From contig JBBRNY010000004.1 of assembly GCA_038229915.1 (NCBI GenBank), forward strand, positions 1 to 52,642: DNA of 52,642 nt, read 5' to 3'. How positions within the stretch are numbered: the first letter of the stretch is position 1; each line of letters begins with the position of its first letter. Below the pieces are notes generated by a model, which saw only the letters and a program-made list of their open reading frames with translations, did no database searches and was not told the DNA's origin. Shown here in pieces: positions 26,780-35,332 of the stretch. A program made the translations under genes and the position numbers. The DNA is from Candidatus Kapaibacterium sp. (GTDB lineage Bacteria; Bacteroidota; Ignavibacteria; Palsa-1295).

Positions 26780-27181
26780 TTATGCGTTAGCAGCATGCAA
26801 CACGGCTTGCTTCTTTTTGTAATCTTCGAGCGCAGCCTTGATCGCGTCCTCGGCAAGTACCGAGCAGTGGATCTTGACCGGCGGAAGATTCAACTCCGAA
26901 ACGATCGTCGTGTTTTTGATCGACAAAGCTTCTTCAACCGATTTGCCTTTGATGAGTTCTGTTGCAAAAGAGCTTGAAGCGATCGCCGAACCACAGCCGA
27001 ACGTTTTAAACTTCGCATCTTCGATGATACCATCATCGCTGATCTTGATCTGCAAGCGCATGACGTCGCCGCACTCTGGTGCGCCGACTAACCCTGTACC
27101 TACGGTTGGATCATTTGGGTCCATTGTTCCCACATTACGAGGATGTGAGTAGTGATCCATTACTTTTTCTGAGTATGCCAT
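26780..27181 (-). CDS. iscU: Fe-S scaffold IscU
   Basis: Motifs GAPECGDVM, FKTFGCGSAIASSS and LPPVKIHCS. Confidence 0.98.
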   Translation of the reverse strand: MAYSEKVMDHYSHPRNVGTMDPNDPTVGTGLVGAPECGDVMRLQIKISDDGIIEDAKFKTFGCGSAIASSSFATELIKGKSVEEALSIKNTTIVSELNLPPVKIHCSVLAEDAIKAALEDYKKKQAVLHAANA

Positions 27182-27239
27182 TATTTGTTTTTCCTTACAA
27201 TAAAATTATACGTATCGCTAATACAATAGATTCAGCGAT

Positions 27240-27731
27240 CTATTTCTTGAGCCACGGTGGCGGTGCCTTCGCACCGGCAGGCGTTGCTCCTGCGGTTGCA
27301 GGTGCGGCCGTTGGTGCTATTGCCGCTGCTACAGGTGTCGGCGCTGCTGCTGCGGCGGGTTTAGCCGCTGCAGGTGCCGGTGCTGCCGCGACTCGTGCTG
27401 GTGGCATTGCGTCGGGTGTTACACCTTGAAATGCCGCGATCGTGCCGCCTTCTTTTGGCGTCGAAAGCTCAGGGTAATTCAAAATATATCCTTGAGGGTT
27501 CACACGCTTAAAAATTCCTGTTTGTTCATACGAACGAGCAACGTCTTTGGCGATCGTCTCTGCCTTTTCGTTGCCGATCGTTATGCCCTGCTTATCTTCA
27601 TAATATTCTTGGATCGAAAACTGCAGATCACGAAAGAATATGTTCGAATTATGAAATACCGGTTTATGTATTTCACGCATATAGCTCAAGAGCTCATATG
27701 GGTACTCGATAAAGATATCTGCCTGTGTCAT
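27240..27731 (-). CDS. Uncharacterised protein within the isc operon; ~95-aa domain plus Ala/Pro-rich tail
   Basis: Lies between iscS and iscU on the same strand. Core FHNSNIFFRDLQF...LNYPEL, then an AP-rich linker ending PPPWLKK. Start moved to the ATG at 27731. Confidence 0.8.
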   Translation of the reverse strand: MTQADIFIEYPYELLSYMREIHKPVFHNSNIFFRDLQFSIQEYYEDKQGITIGNEKAETIAKDVARSYEQTGIFKRVNPQGYILNYPELSTPKEGGTIAAFQGVTPDAMPPARVAAAPAPAAAKPAAAAAPTPVAAAIAPTAAPATAGATPAGAKAPPPWLKK

Positions 27732-27755
27732 ATAGTAGATCAAATGTGTATCTTA

Positions 27756-27763
27756 CAAAAATA
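27756..27763 (-). promoter_or_regulatory. Possible internal -7 promoter element
   Basis: cgTATTTTTG on minus in the gap between iscS and the unknown gene. Confidence 0.45.
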
Positions 27764-27799
27764 CGACTCTTCTGAGTTCACCGATCGAATACGGATTCG

Positions 27800-29032
27800 T
27801 TAGTGATGTGCCCATTCGATCGTTTTGAGATCGACACCCATTTTCGCCAACTCATAGAGCGGCGACATATCACGAAGATGCTCGACCGCACCGATCAATT
27901 GCTTCTCGGTATAATCAATTTCTTCAGGTGTCGTAAAACGTCCCATACCGAAACGAAGCGACGTATGAGCTAAGTCTTCGCCAACGCCGAGGGCTTTCAA
28001 AACATAGCTTGGTTCGAGTGTCGCCGTAGTACAAGCAGAGCCTGAACTGACAGCAATATCTTTAATACCCATCATCAATGACTCGCCTTCGACAAATGCG
28101 AAGCTAACGTTGAGGTTGCCCGGCAAGCGTCTGTTTGCATCGTTGATCGGGTCAGGTCCGTTAATATAGACTTCATCGAGTGCGCTGGTGATCTTATTCC
28201 AAAGTGAATCACGCAGTCCTTGTATGCGCGGCACTTCGATTGGCATTTCAGTAACGCAAAGCTCAATAGCTTTTGCCAAGCCGACGATACCAGGTACGTT
28301 CAATGTACCCGAACGCATACCACGCTCGTGACCACCGCCATCCATTTGGGATGCAAGCTTTACACGTGGATTTTTCTTACGAACATAGAGCGCACCAACA
28401 CCCTTCGGTCCATAAACCTTATGGCCGGAGAATGATGCAAGATCGACGTTCATTTTAATGACATCAAACGGTACTTTCCCTACCGATTGGGTGGCATCGG
28501 TATGGAAGATCACGCCTTTGTCATGACAAATTTTTCCGATCGCTTCGATATCTTGTATCGTACCTACTTCGTTGTTGACGTGCATCAACGACACAAGGAT
28601 CGTTTTATCGGTAATCGCATCACGAAGCTGATCGTGATCGACAAACCCTTCTTTATCTACCGGCAAATACGTTACGCGGTAGCCTTTGCGCTCAAGTGCT
28701 TTGCAAGTATCAAGCACCGCTTTATGCTCGGTGGTCGCCGTGATGATATGATCGCCTTTCGACGCGTACATTTCGGCGATGCCTTTGATAGCCAAATTAT
28801 CTGACTCGGTTGCACCACTGGTGAAGACGATCTCCTTTTCATCTGCACCAATATATTTTGCGATCGTCGCACGACCCCAATCAACACCTTCCTCAGCCTT
28901 CCATCCGAAAGGATGGTTGCGACTGGCGGCATTTCCATAATACTCGGTAAAGTATGGCATCATTGCCTCCAATACTCGAGGGTCGAGCTTGGTGGTTGCA
29001 TTATTGTCTAAATAGATCGGCAGCTTCAACAT
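27800..29032 (-). CDS. iscS: Cysteine desulfurase IscS
   Basis: Motifs [37 protein letters not shown] and the IscS tail MSPLYE...IEWAHH. Confidence 0.98.
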   Translation of the reverse strand: MLKLPIYLDNNATTKLDPRVLEAMMPYFTEYYGNAASRNHPFGWKAEEGVDWGRATIAKYIGADEKEIVFTSGATESDNLAIKGIAEMYASKGDHIITATTEHKAVLDTCKALERKGYRVTYLPVDKEGFVDHDQLRDAITDKTILVSLMHVNNEVGTIQDIEAIGKICHDKGVIFHTDATQSVGKVPFDVIKMNVDLASFSGHKVYGPKGVGALYVRKKNPRVKLASQMDGGGHERGMRSGTLNVPGIVGLAKAIELCVTEMPIEVPRIQGLRDSLWNKITSALDEVYINGPDPINDANRRLPGNLNVSFAFVEGESLMMGIKDIAVSSGSACTTATLEPSYVLKALGVGEDLAHTSLRFGMGRFTTPEEIDYTEKQLIGAVEHLRDMSPLYELAKMGVDLKTIEWAHH

Positions 29033-29053
29033 ATATTTTCCTGTAATAAACTT

Positions 29054-29455
29054 TTAGAGCAATTCCGAGATCGTCATATTCCCAACCGACTCGGTAAGTC
29101 TCACCTGTAATTTTTGCATCGGCACCTTGATCGTGCAAGAATCAAACATTGCGCAAGTCTCATGGTCGGGGTTTTCCGTAGCACACTCGGTGATCGCGGT
29201 TTCTTCATCAAGCGAAGAAACGACGCGGTTCAGCGTGATCTGTTCCGGCGACAAGAGCAGTCTATACCCTCCGCGAACTCCTTGAAAAGAATCAATGATG
29301 CCATCACGCTTCATTGATTGCATTACTTTCGCAAGTAAGTCGTGCGGGATGTTTGACGAATCCGAAATCTCACGCGTAGTGGCTACCTGACCTGACTTCG
29401 CCAGATACTGTAATGCCATTAAACCATATTCTACACGTTTCGAGATTCTTAACAT
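29054..29455 (-). CDS. Rrf2-family Fe-S-sensing regulator (IscR-like position)
   Basis: wHTH with S.QG.RGGY.L; three Cys spaced C-x9-C-x5-C; first gene of the isc cluster. Confidence 0.9.
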   Translation of the reverse strand: MLRISKRVEYGLMALQYLAKSGQVATTREISDSSNIPHDLLAKVMQSMKRDGIIDSFQGVRGGYRLLLSPEQITLNRVVSSLDEETAITECATENPDHETCAMFDSCTIKVPMQKLQVRLTESVGNMTISELL

Positions 29456-29463
29456 TCTTTTTC

Positions 29464-29488
29464 AAATCGGACTAAATTAGTCCTATTT
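29464..29488. promoter_or_regulatory. 25-bp palindromic Rrf2/IscR-type operator
   Basis: AAATCGGACTAAATTAGTCCTATTT is a near-perfect palindrome. Its GACT-N5-AGTC core matches the IscR type-1 site, 8 nt upstream of the regulator ATG. Confidence 0.8.
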
Positions 29489-29772
29489 AACCCCCAAATA
29501 AAAGGCTCGGTTGATGGAGCCTTGCTTTGCGTATTGATTTAAACGTAAAATATGGGTTGGCGGTTTCGTTTATCTAAAAAATAATTGATGGTGAGGCGTT
29601 ATTATCAAAAATAAAACGGACTTCTAACTTTTGGAATGAGTGGATGGAGATTGATTTTTTCGAATTATTTACTTTTATTGCTTGGTTTCATAAGAGTATA
29701 AGTGCAAAACGAGCGTAAACGACACATATTGACCGAAGAATTTCTTTCACTGTAAATATTTTTCTCGAAGTA

Positions 29773-31125
29773 TTGATCTACCTTTTCTACATCTTTACTG
29801 GGTTGATTCTATCTGTGCTAGGATGGTACTATCGGTACCGTTTTATTTCATTCTGCAGGAATGAAACCACTGCAGATATGGGCTTTTTCGAGCTCGAAGG
29901 ATATTCCAATAAGCCTTCATACACTGCGGGGGAATCACTCGAACTCTTCGTGCACTCTACTTTCAAAGATACTTACTACTCGATAAGGTCAATGAATGGA
30001 GACAAAGAAATTCTTGCAAGTGATGATTCGACTATCGGCATTCAAGATCAAACACATTCTGATAATCAATCGGTGGAAGGATGTCATTGGAAACTCACAA
30101 AAAGAATAGACTTGCCGAAAGATATTATTCAAGGCTATTATCAGATCGTCATATCTTCAGATCAAGCGAAGAAAACATTCTCGATACCTTTTATTGTCTC
30201 ATCTGATACAAAAGCAAAGATCATTATTCTTGCTCCTGTTTCAACATGGAATTCATATAATTCGTGGGGCGGCAGATCGCTTTATCAGAATAAATATGAA
30301 AATAAAACGGTGTATAAAGCAAGCCTCTTACGCCCGAACACAGCATTTCAACTGAATCACTCTATTAAGACTGAAGCAAATATCACTGACTGGTTTGTAA
30401 ATAACTATGATTCAGTCGCTGTCTATCCTGACTTTTACCTTGAATCAAAACCTGAGTTATTCTCTGAGTGTGCGCTTATTATCTTGGCGTATCATTGTGA
30501 ATATGTGAGTAGATCAATGTATGACGAGCTTCAACATATTATCACAAAAGGAGCATCGATGATCTCGCTTGGTGCTAATCAACTGTATTGGGTGATACAA
30601 TGGAATGATGAGCATACCCAAATGGAATGCCGGAAGGATCTTACGATGTTCGACAACTCATTCAACTATGGAGGGCTTTGGAAACATCATTTCAGAAAAC
30701 AAGAAGCATTATGCGGTTCGAGATATACGGGTTCGGGAATGCACACATTCGCACCATACACCGTCACCAGCGCTGACCATTGGCTCTTCAATAATACAAA
30801 TGTCAAGAATGGAGATCTGTTCGGGGTGAATGGCATTTCGCAAAGGCCTATCTCCGGCGCCGAAACAGACAAGCATTCATCTGCGTCAAGTAGCATCGAG
30901 ATCGTCGCACATGGGTTGAATTGTGACAATGAATCACAAGGCACAATTTACAATAGTGACAGATCAATATGGAATGGCGAAGGTGGTGCGGATCTCTTAC
31001 TAAAAACTTTGCCAAATGGCAACGCCGTACTTTCAACAGGGTCTATCGAAAGCGGAGCAGGCTTGGGTTACGATGAAGTATTTACTGCTATAGTGAAAAA
31101 TTTTATTGAGCGTTATGTTGCTTAA
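29773..31125 (+). CDS. N,N-dimethylformamidase beta-subunit-like (DUF6605) protein with N-terminal TM anchor
   Basis: Motifs EGYS..PSY.AGE.L, STWNSYNSWGGRSLY, RP, HCEYVS, GAN.LYW and GAETD. Confidence 0.8.
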   Translation: MIYLFYIFTGLILSVLGWYYRYRFISFCRNETTADMGFFELEGYSNKPSYTAGESLELFVHSTFKDTYYSIRSMNGDKEILASDDSTIGIQDQTHSDNQSVEGCHWKLTKRIDLPKDIIQGYYQIVISSDQAKKTFSIPFIVSSDTKAKIIILAPVSTWNSYNSWGGRSLYQNKYENKTVYKASLLRPNTAFQLNHSIKTEANITDWFVNNYDSVAVYPDFYLESKPELFSECALIILAYHCEYVSRSMYDELQHIITKGASMISLGANQLYWVIQWNDEHTQMECRKDLTMFDNSFNYGGLWKHHFRKQEALCGSRYTGSGMHTFAPYTVTSADHWLFNNTNVKNGDLFGVNGISQRPISGAETDKHSSASSSIEIVAHGLNCDNESQGTIYNSDRSIWNGEGGADLLLKTLPNGNAVLSTGSIESGAGLGYDEVFTAIVKNFIERYVA

Positions 31126-32204
31126 GACAATGTCTTAATAGCATTCATTACCGTATCAATTTCAATATCTCTGATGCACATAAAGTGCTCATCCGGATCT
31201 ATTCTATAGCAAACAAGTGCTTTTGGAGAATAAATAAAACAGGGGCGACAGTCGATTCCGGTTTGCACAATTTCATATCTTGTCTTCCATGGATGAACGT
31301 AGGTCTCATTCGTGGGTCCAAAAATTGCTACTGTTGGCAATTGCAACGCTCCGGCAATATGCATGAGCGCCGAATCATTTGACACAAAAAGAGTAGTGCG
31401 CTTCATAATGGCGATCGAGTCCATAATTGATTTCGTACGCACTTCTATGACAGCATCTCCGGCGATCCGAATGATCATTTCATTGGCTTCGGTATCATCA
31501 GGGCCGCCAAAAAGCAAAACAACTGCCCCACTTTCCTTCTTTAATCTTTTCGCAAGACCGGCAAATTTTTCCGGAGCCCAGCGGCGCTTGATATGATTTT
31601 TGAACAGCGCTGTACCGGCATGAAAGCCAATGATCTGAGGTGCACCTTCAAGATGATGCTCACGAATCCAGTTGTCAGCAAAGTCGATATTACTTTGACT
31701 GAGGTGTAGTTCAAGTCTCGGGAGCGAATCTTCGTGCAATTGTGGCTTTATTCCAAGCAATGAAATGAGGTGGACGTTTTCTTCCACACAATGCAGCGCA
31801 TCATTCTCTGCGACGGTGTCAGAATTGAGCCAATTCAGATTTTGCCAATCGCGACGTTTATATCGCACACCAAGTCTTTTTGCAGCCCCAAGTAGGAGTG
31901 CAAAAATATTATATTCTCTTCTATTCTGCGGATAAATATTTATCGAAACATCAAATGCAAGCCCCCTCAAATGCAAGAGGAATAGCAACCCCTCAAAGGT
32001 GTTACTATGAATAAAATCAAAATAGTGAACAGTATTGACTAACGGATTTGAACGAAAAAGATCTCGAGTTGCGGCGAACATCACCAGCACATGAATATCT
32101 GCCTCCGGCTTTGCTTCACGAAGCAAGCGAAGCATTGGTGTAGCCAACAGTGCATCGCCAATTCCCGGCAATGCGATGATCAGGATCTTCTCAGGCTTGC
32201 TCAC
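31122..32204 (-). CDS. Glycosyltransferase family 9 (heptosyltransferase-like)
   Basis: Motifs GIGDALLATP, KRRWAPEKF, SNDSALMHIAGA and AIFGPT. Start moved to the GTG at 32204. Confidence 0.92.
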   Translation of the reverse strand: MSKPEKILIIALPGIGDALLATPMLRLLREAKPEADIHVLVMFAATRDLFRSNPLVNTVHYFDFIHSNTFEGLLFLLHLRGLAFDVSINIYPQNRREYNIFALLLGAAKRLGVRYKRRDWQNLNWLNSDTVAENDALHCVEENVHLISLLGIKPQLHEDSLPRLELHLSQSNIDFADNWIREHHLEGAPQIIGFHAGTALFKNHIKRRWAPEKFAGLAKRLKKESGAVVLLFGGPDDTEANEMIIRIAGDAVIEVRTKSIMDSIAIMKRTTLFVSNDSALMHIAGALQLPTVAIFGPTNETYVHPWKTRYEIVQTGIDCRPCFIYSPKALVCYRIDPDEHFMCIRDIEIDTVMNAIKTLS

Positions 32205-34470
32205 GCTTTTTTGGAAGACTGAAGAACACCAACCCCAAAACCGTGGCGCCGAGCGTGATAAGACTAATGAGCGAACCAGTGTGAAATGCCGACGACTCAT
32301 ATTTCAAAACAACCGTATGCTCACCTTTAGGAATTTCTACTGCACGAAGCGCAGTGAATGCACGGTAAAGTTTTGTCTCTTTGCCATCAATATAGGCATG
32401 CCACGCTGGGTAATAGATCTCTGAAAAGAATAACATTCCATTCTCTGAAGTTTTTACCTTCGTTTCTATTTCATCGGTTTCGTAGCGTGAGACAGTCGCG
32501 ACAGAAGCAGCGTCAACATTCGTCAGTTGAAGTGACGGTTGTTCTTCGAGCAGCATTACATTCCTAAAATCAAATGACGAGTCAGTTCGCAGTAATGTCT
32601 TCGCCTCTTCATCAGGCTTGACAACTGTCTTGTAATACATCTTTACTCTTGGCAAGTATGAAGAACGCTGACCAAAACCTGTGCCATTAGAATTGGTCAT
32701 AATTGACCATTTAATATTTAACAGATCGGCGGTGATCTCGGGATTAGTGCATTGTGGCGCATTCCGTTGCAACACCAATGGATTGTATCCTTCAAGCAAC
32801 TGGATCCTATCGTATGCACCTTGATTACGTTTCAAGAGCATTCCATTCGCGCCACGAATTCTCGCACGCGAAAGTTCTTTCGATTGATCTTGTTTCAGCA
32901 TATCAACAAGCTGTGGTTGCTCCCGAAATGCCTGGCGCGGGTCTAGGGTTGTGGCGTTCAGTCCTGAGCCATAGGTAAATAATTCGATCATCGTGATAGC
33001 GATCGCGGCGGTCGCTAATCCAATACCATTGATCTTTTTGAAGGCTATCAACAATCCGATGACGAGGGTCGCAAGCACAGGAAACGCGGCTAAGCTTGTA
33101 GCCCAAGAAATTGCCTCGGCCGCTTCAGGCGGCGCACTAGCCATAAACGACTGCGGAGAAAACATTTTCATCACTCCCATTATCCACACAAGCGTTACGA
33201 CACCTAATATACCATAGAGCGCTTTTTTAGTTGACTCCGATATTCCATTCTTTAGAATGGTCGCAAGCCCAACGCCTCCGAGTGCAGTCATTGAAAACGA
33301 AAAGATCATCATCATTCTCGCAGGCGTGCGAAGTTTGTCGAATAGCGGCAGAGAAAAGAATATTTTATATAATGGGAAGTGATCGCCAAGGGCGAATAAC
33401 AACGCGAAGACACTCATCACAGCAAAGAACGATACATACTTCTTTTTCCAACTTCCGAAAGCGGCAACCACAGCCAGTACCAAAGGCATAATGCCGATAT
33501 AACACATCGTCTCCCACGACAAATAAAAAGCACCGTTCCAATATGGTACTTTTGCTTCACGCATTGCGTCGGTTACACCAAAAAGTCGGGGTAGTATCAG
33601 TGTTAGTAGATGCCCGAATGTCAGCGAGCCTTCGACTGAGTTTTGGAATGTGATCGTATCACGGCGTGAAAGCGAAGCAAGTTCTTGCGCTGGTAAGAAC
33701 TGTATAGCAAATATTCCGACAGCGATCACCACCGGAACAAGCATTCTTATAACAACGAACGCATTTACAACCCTATCTTCTTTATTTCGTAAGCGATAGA
33801 CCAATTCATACACGGCAAGTAGCGCTAAAAAGAAAGTGAGGAACAGAGTTGTTTGTGGATGTCCGGCAAGGTACATTACCCCGAGCAAGAGACCCGCTCC
33901 GAGCGAGTACTTCCAGGAATCGGTGCCTTTTAAAAAGAGCAGTACTACCCATGGAAATATCGCTAATTGATAGACGATCATTTGATGCATCGTCTGCCCG
34001 GTCATAAAGCCGCATAATGAGAAAGCAATAGCCGCAAGCATAGCCGACCATTCATCGGTCTTAAAAATAGTACGAACCAACAAATACATTCCGACCGCAG
34101 CAACCAAATAATGCAAGACGATAAACCATTGCATCACGATAGGCGAAAGATGCCCGTCGGAGACAAATAACGCCTGCACCATATTCATCGGATACCAAAA
34201 CGCAACCTGAATATCCGCCATAAATGGCATACCGCAAAACACATAAGGATTCCAGCCCGGCAGATGCCCAGAGGCGAGACTACTGGTAGCAAGTGTCCTA
34301 AACGGGAATTCCTGTTCGACAAAATCTTCCCAAAGAAATTTTCCGCCAAAGAGCAACGGATAGTAAAAAATAACAACGACGACGGCAAGTATCGCAATGA
34401 CCACGCCAAGTGAGAGGCGCGGCAATGGTGATGCCGGTAAAGACTTTGATGGTGATGACGTTTTTGCCAT
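32191..34470 (-). CDS. YfhO family (GT-C fold) membrane protein
   Basis: Motifs PGWNPYVFCGMPFMAD, LAGHPQ, LRTPAR and FSEIYYPAWHAYIDG...GEHTV; many TM segments. Confidence 0.9.
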   Translation of the reverse strand: MAKTSSPSKSLPASPLPRLSLGVVIAILAVVVVIFYYPLLFGGKFLWEDFVEQEFPFRTLATSSLASGHLPGWNPYVFCGMPFMADIQVAFWYPMNMVQALFVSDGHLSPIVMQWFIVLHYLVAAVGMYLLVRTIFKTDEWSAMLAAIAFSLCGFMTGQTMHQMIVYQLAIFPWVVLLFLKGTDSWKYSLGAGLLLGVMYLAGHPQTTLFLTFFLALLAVYELVYRLRNKEDRVVNAFVVIRMLVPVVIAVGIFAIQFLPAQELASLSRRDTITFQNSVEGSLTFGHLLTLILPRLFGVTDAMREAKVPYWNGAFYLSWETMCYIGIMPLVLAVVAAFGSWKKKYVSFFAVMSVFALLFALGDHFPLYKIFFSLPLFDKLRTPARMMMIFSFSMTALGGVGLATILKNGISESTKKALYGILGVVTLVWIMGVMKMFSPQSFMASAPPEAAEAISWATSLAAFPVLATLVIGLLIAFKKINGIGLATAAIAITMIELFTYGSGLNATTLDPRQAFREQPQLVDMLKQDQSKELSRARIRGANGMLLKRNQGAYDRIQLLEGYNPLVLQRNAPQCTNPEITADLLNIKWSIMTNSNGTGFGQRSSYLPRVKMYYKTVVKPDEEAKTLLRTDSSFDFRNVMLLEEQPSLQLTNVDAASVATVSRYETDEIETKVKTSENGMLFFSEIYYPAWHAYIDGKETKLYRAFTALRAVEIPKGEHTVVLKYESSAFHTGSLISLITLGATVLGLVFFSLPKKREQA

Positions 34471-34533
34471 ACGAGAAAGATCGTTTGAAAGTACGAAATT
34501 ACGAATTGAATACGCGTCTCACATCAAGACCGT

Positions 34534-35256
34534 TTATTGATGCAGTTTCCGAATGCGCAACAATTCAAAAAACATCTTTGATGAATCGCTTAATGCTCCG
34601 ACGGTTGTCCGCTCGTCATTATACCATTCTATCGCAATTTCTTTTATAGTATATCCCAGCTTCTTAGCAATAAAAAGGATATCAACATCGAATGAGAAGC
34701 CCATGACTTTTTGCTCAGCGAATATCTTCTCAGCAGCTTCAGCTCGAAAACCCTTAAAGCCGCACTGTGTATCCTTTATACCACGAAGGACAAGTATCTG
34801 AACAAGAAAATTAAAGAACTTGCCCATCGCTTCGCGGTACCATGGTTGATGGACTTTGACCAATGCGCCACCGTTAAGTGCGCGACTCCCGATCACGACA
34901 TCATAGCCACCTTTTTCCATCACATCAAGAATTTTCTCAATTTCGTAGATCGGTGTTGATAGATCGGCATCGGTAAAAATTCGTATCTCACCCGTCGCTT
35001 CGAGCATCCCGGCTCTTACCGCCGCTCCCTTACCTTGATTCACACCAAGTTCGATAAGTCGATAGGAGACATTTGGCGACTGTAGCGATAGAATATGTTT
35101 TTTTACAACTTCAACAGTATTATCCGGCGAGCCATCATCGCAAACCAGAACTTCGCTCGTATAACTTACTGATGATAAATATTTATCGATCGTATCAAGT
35201 GACGGACCGATACGTTCGGCTTCGCGGAAAGCTGGTATGATGATCGATAGGTACAA
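34534..35256 (-). CDS. GT2 polyprenyl-phosphate glycosyltransferase (Dol-P-Glc synthase/ALG5-like)
   Basis: Motifs SIIIPAF.E, DDGSPD, NQGKGAAVRAG, FTDADLSTP, DTQCGFK and FDVD. Confidence 0.9.
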   Translation of the reverse strand: MYLSIIIPAFREAERIGPSLDTIDKYLSSVSYTSEVLVCDDGSPDNTVEVVKKHILSLQSPNVSYRLIELGVNQGKGAAVRAGMLEATGEIRIFTDADLSTPIYEIEKILDVMEKGGYDVVIGSRALNGGALVKVHQPWYREAMGKFFNFLVQILVLRGIKDTQCGFKGFRAEAAEKIFAEQKVMGFSFDVDILFIAKKLGYTIKEIAIEWYNDERTTVGALSDSSKMFFELLRIRKLHQ

Positions 35257-35284
35257 AACGGTGTTGTGATGTAACGTTTACGTA

Positions 35285-35311
35285 ACAAAAGGGCGACCAA
35301 AGTGCCGCCCT
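35285..35311 (-). terminator. Probable terminator after the DUF2723 gene
   Basis: Minus strand reads AGGGCGGC-actttg-GTCGCCCT-TTTGTT. Confidence 0.6.
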
Positions 35312-35332
35312 AATGATCGAATAGTATGTTCT

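Noticed and set aside
27240-27420. GC-rich repetitive stretch as a DNA repeat or array; plus-strand ORF 27079-27429
   Set aside because: It is explained by Ala/Pro codons in the tail of the minus-strand gene and has no fixed repeat unit.
32204-32300. Long N-terminal extensions in the ORF track (GT9 to 32300, hscB to 26379, DUF4249 from 46706)
   Set aside because: They overlap upstream genes, and downstream starts give normal domain boundaries or signal peptides.
34485-34515. TACGAAATTACGAATT as a heptamer repeat element
   Set aside because: Only about two units. It is more simply a promoter-like cgTAATTTCG on the minus strand upstream of the YfhO gene.
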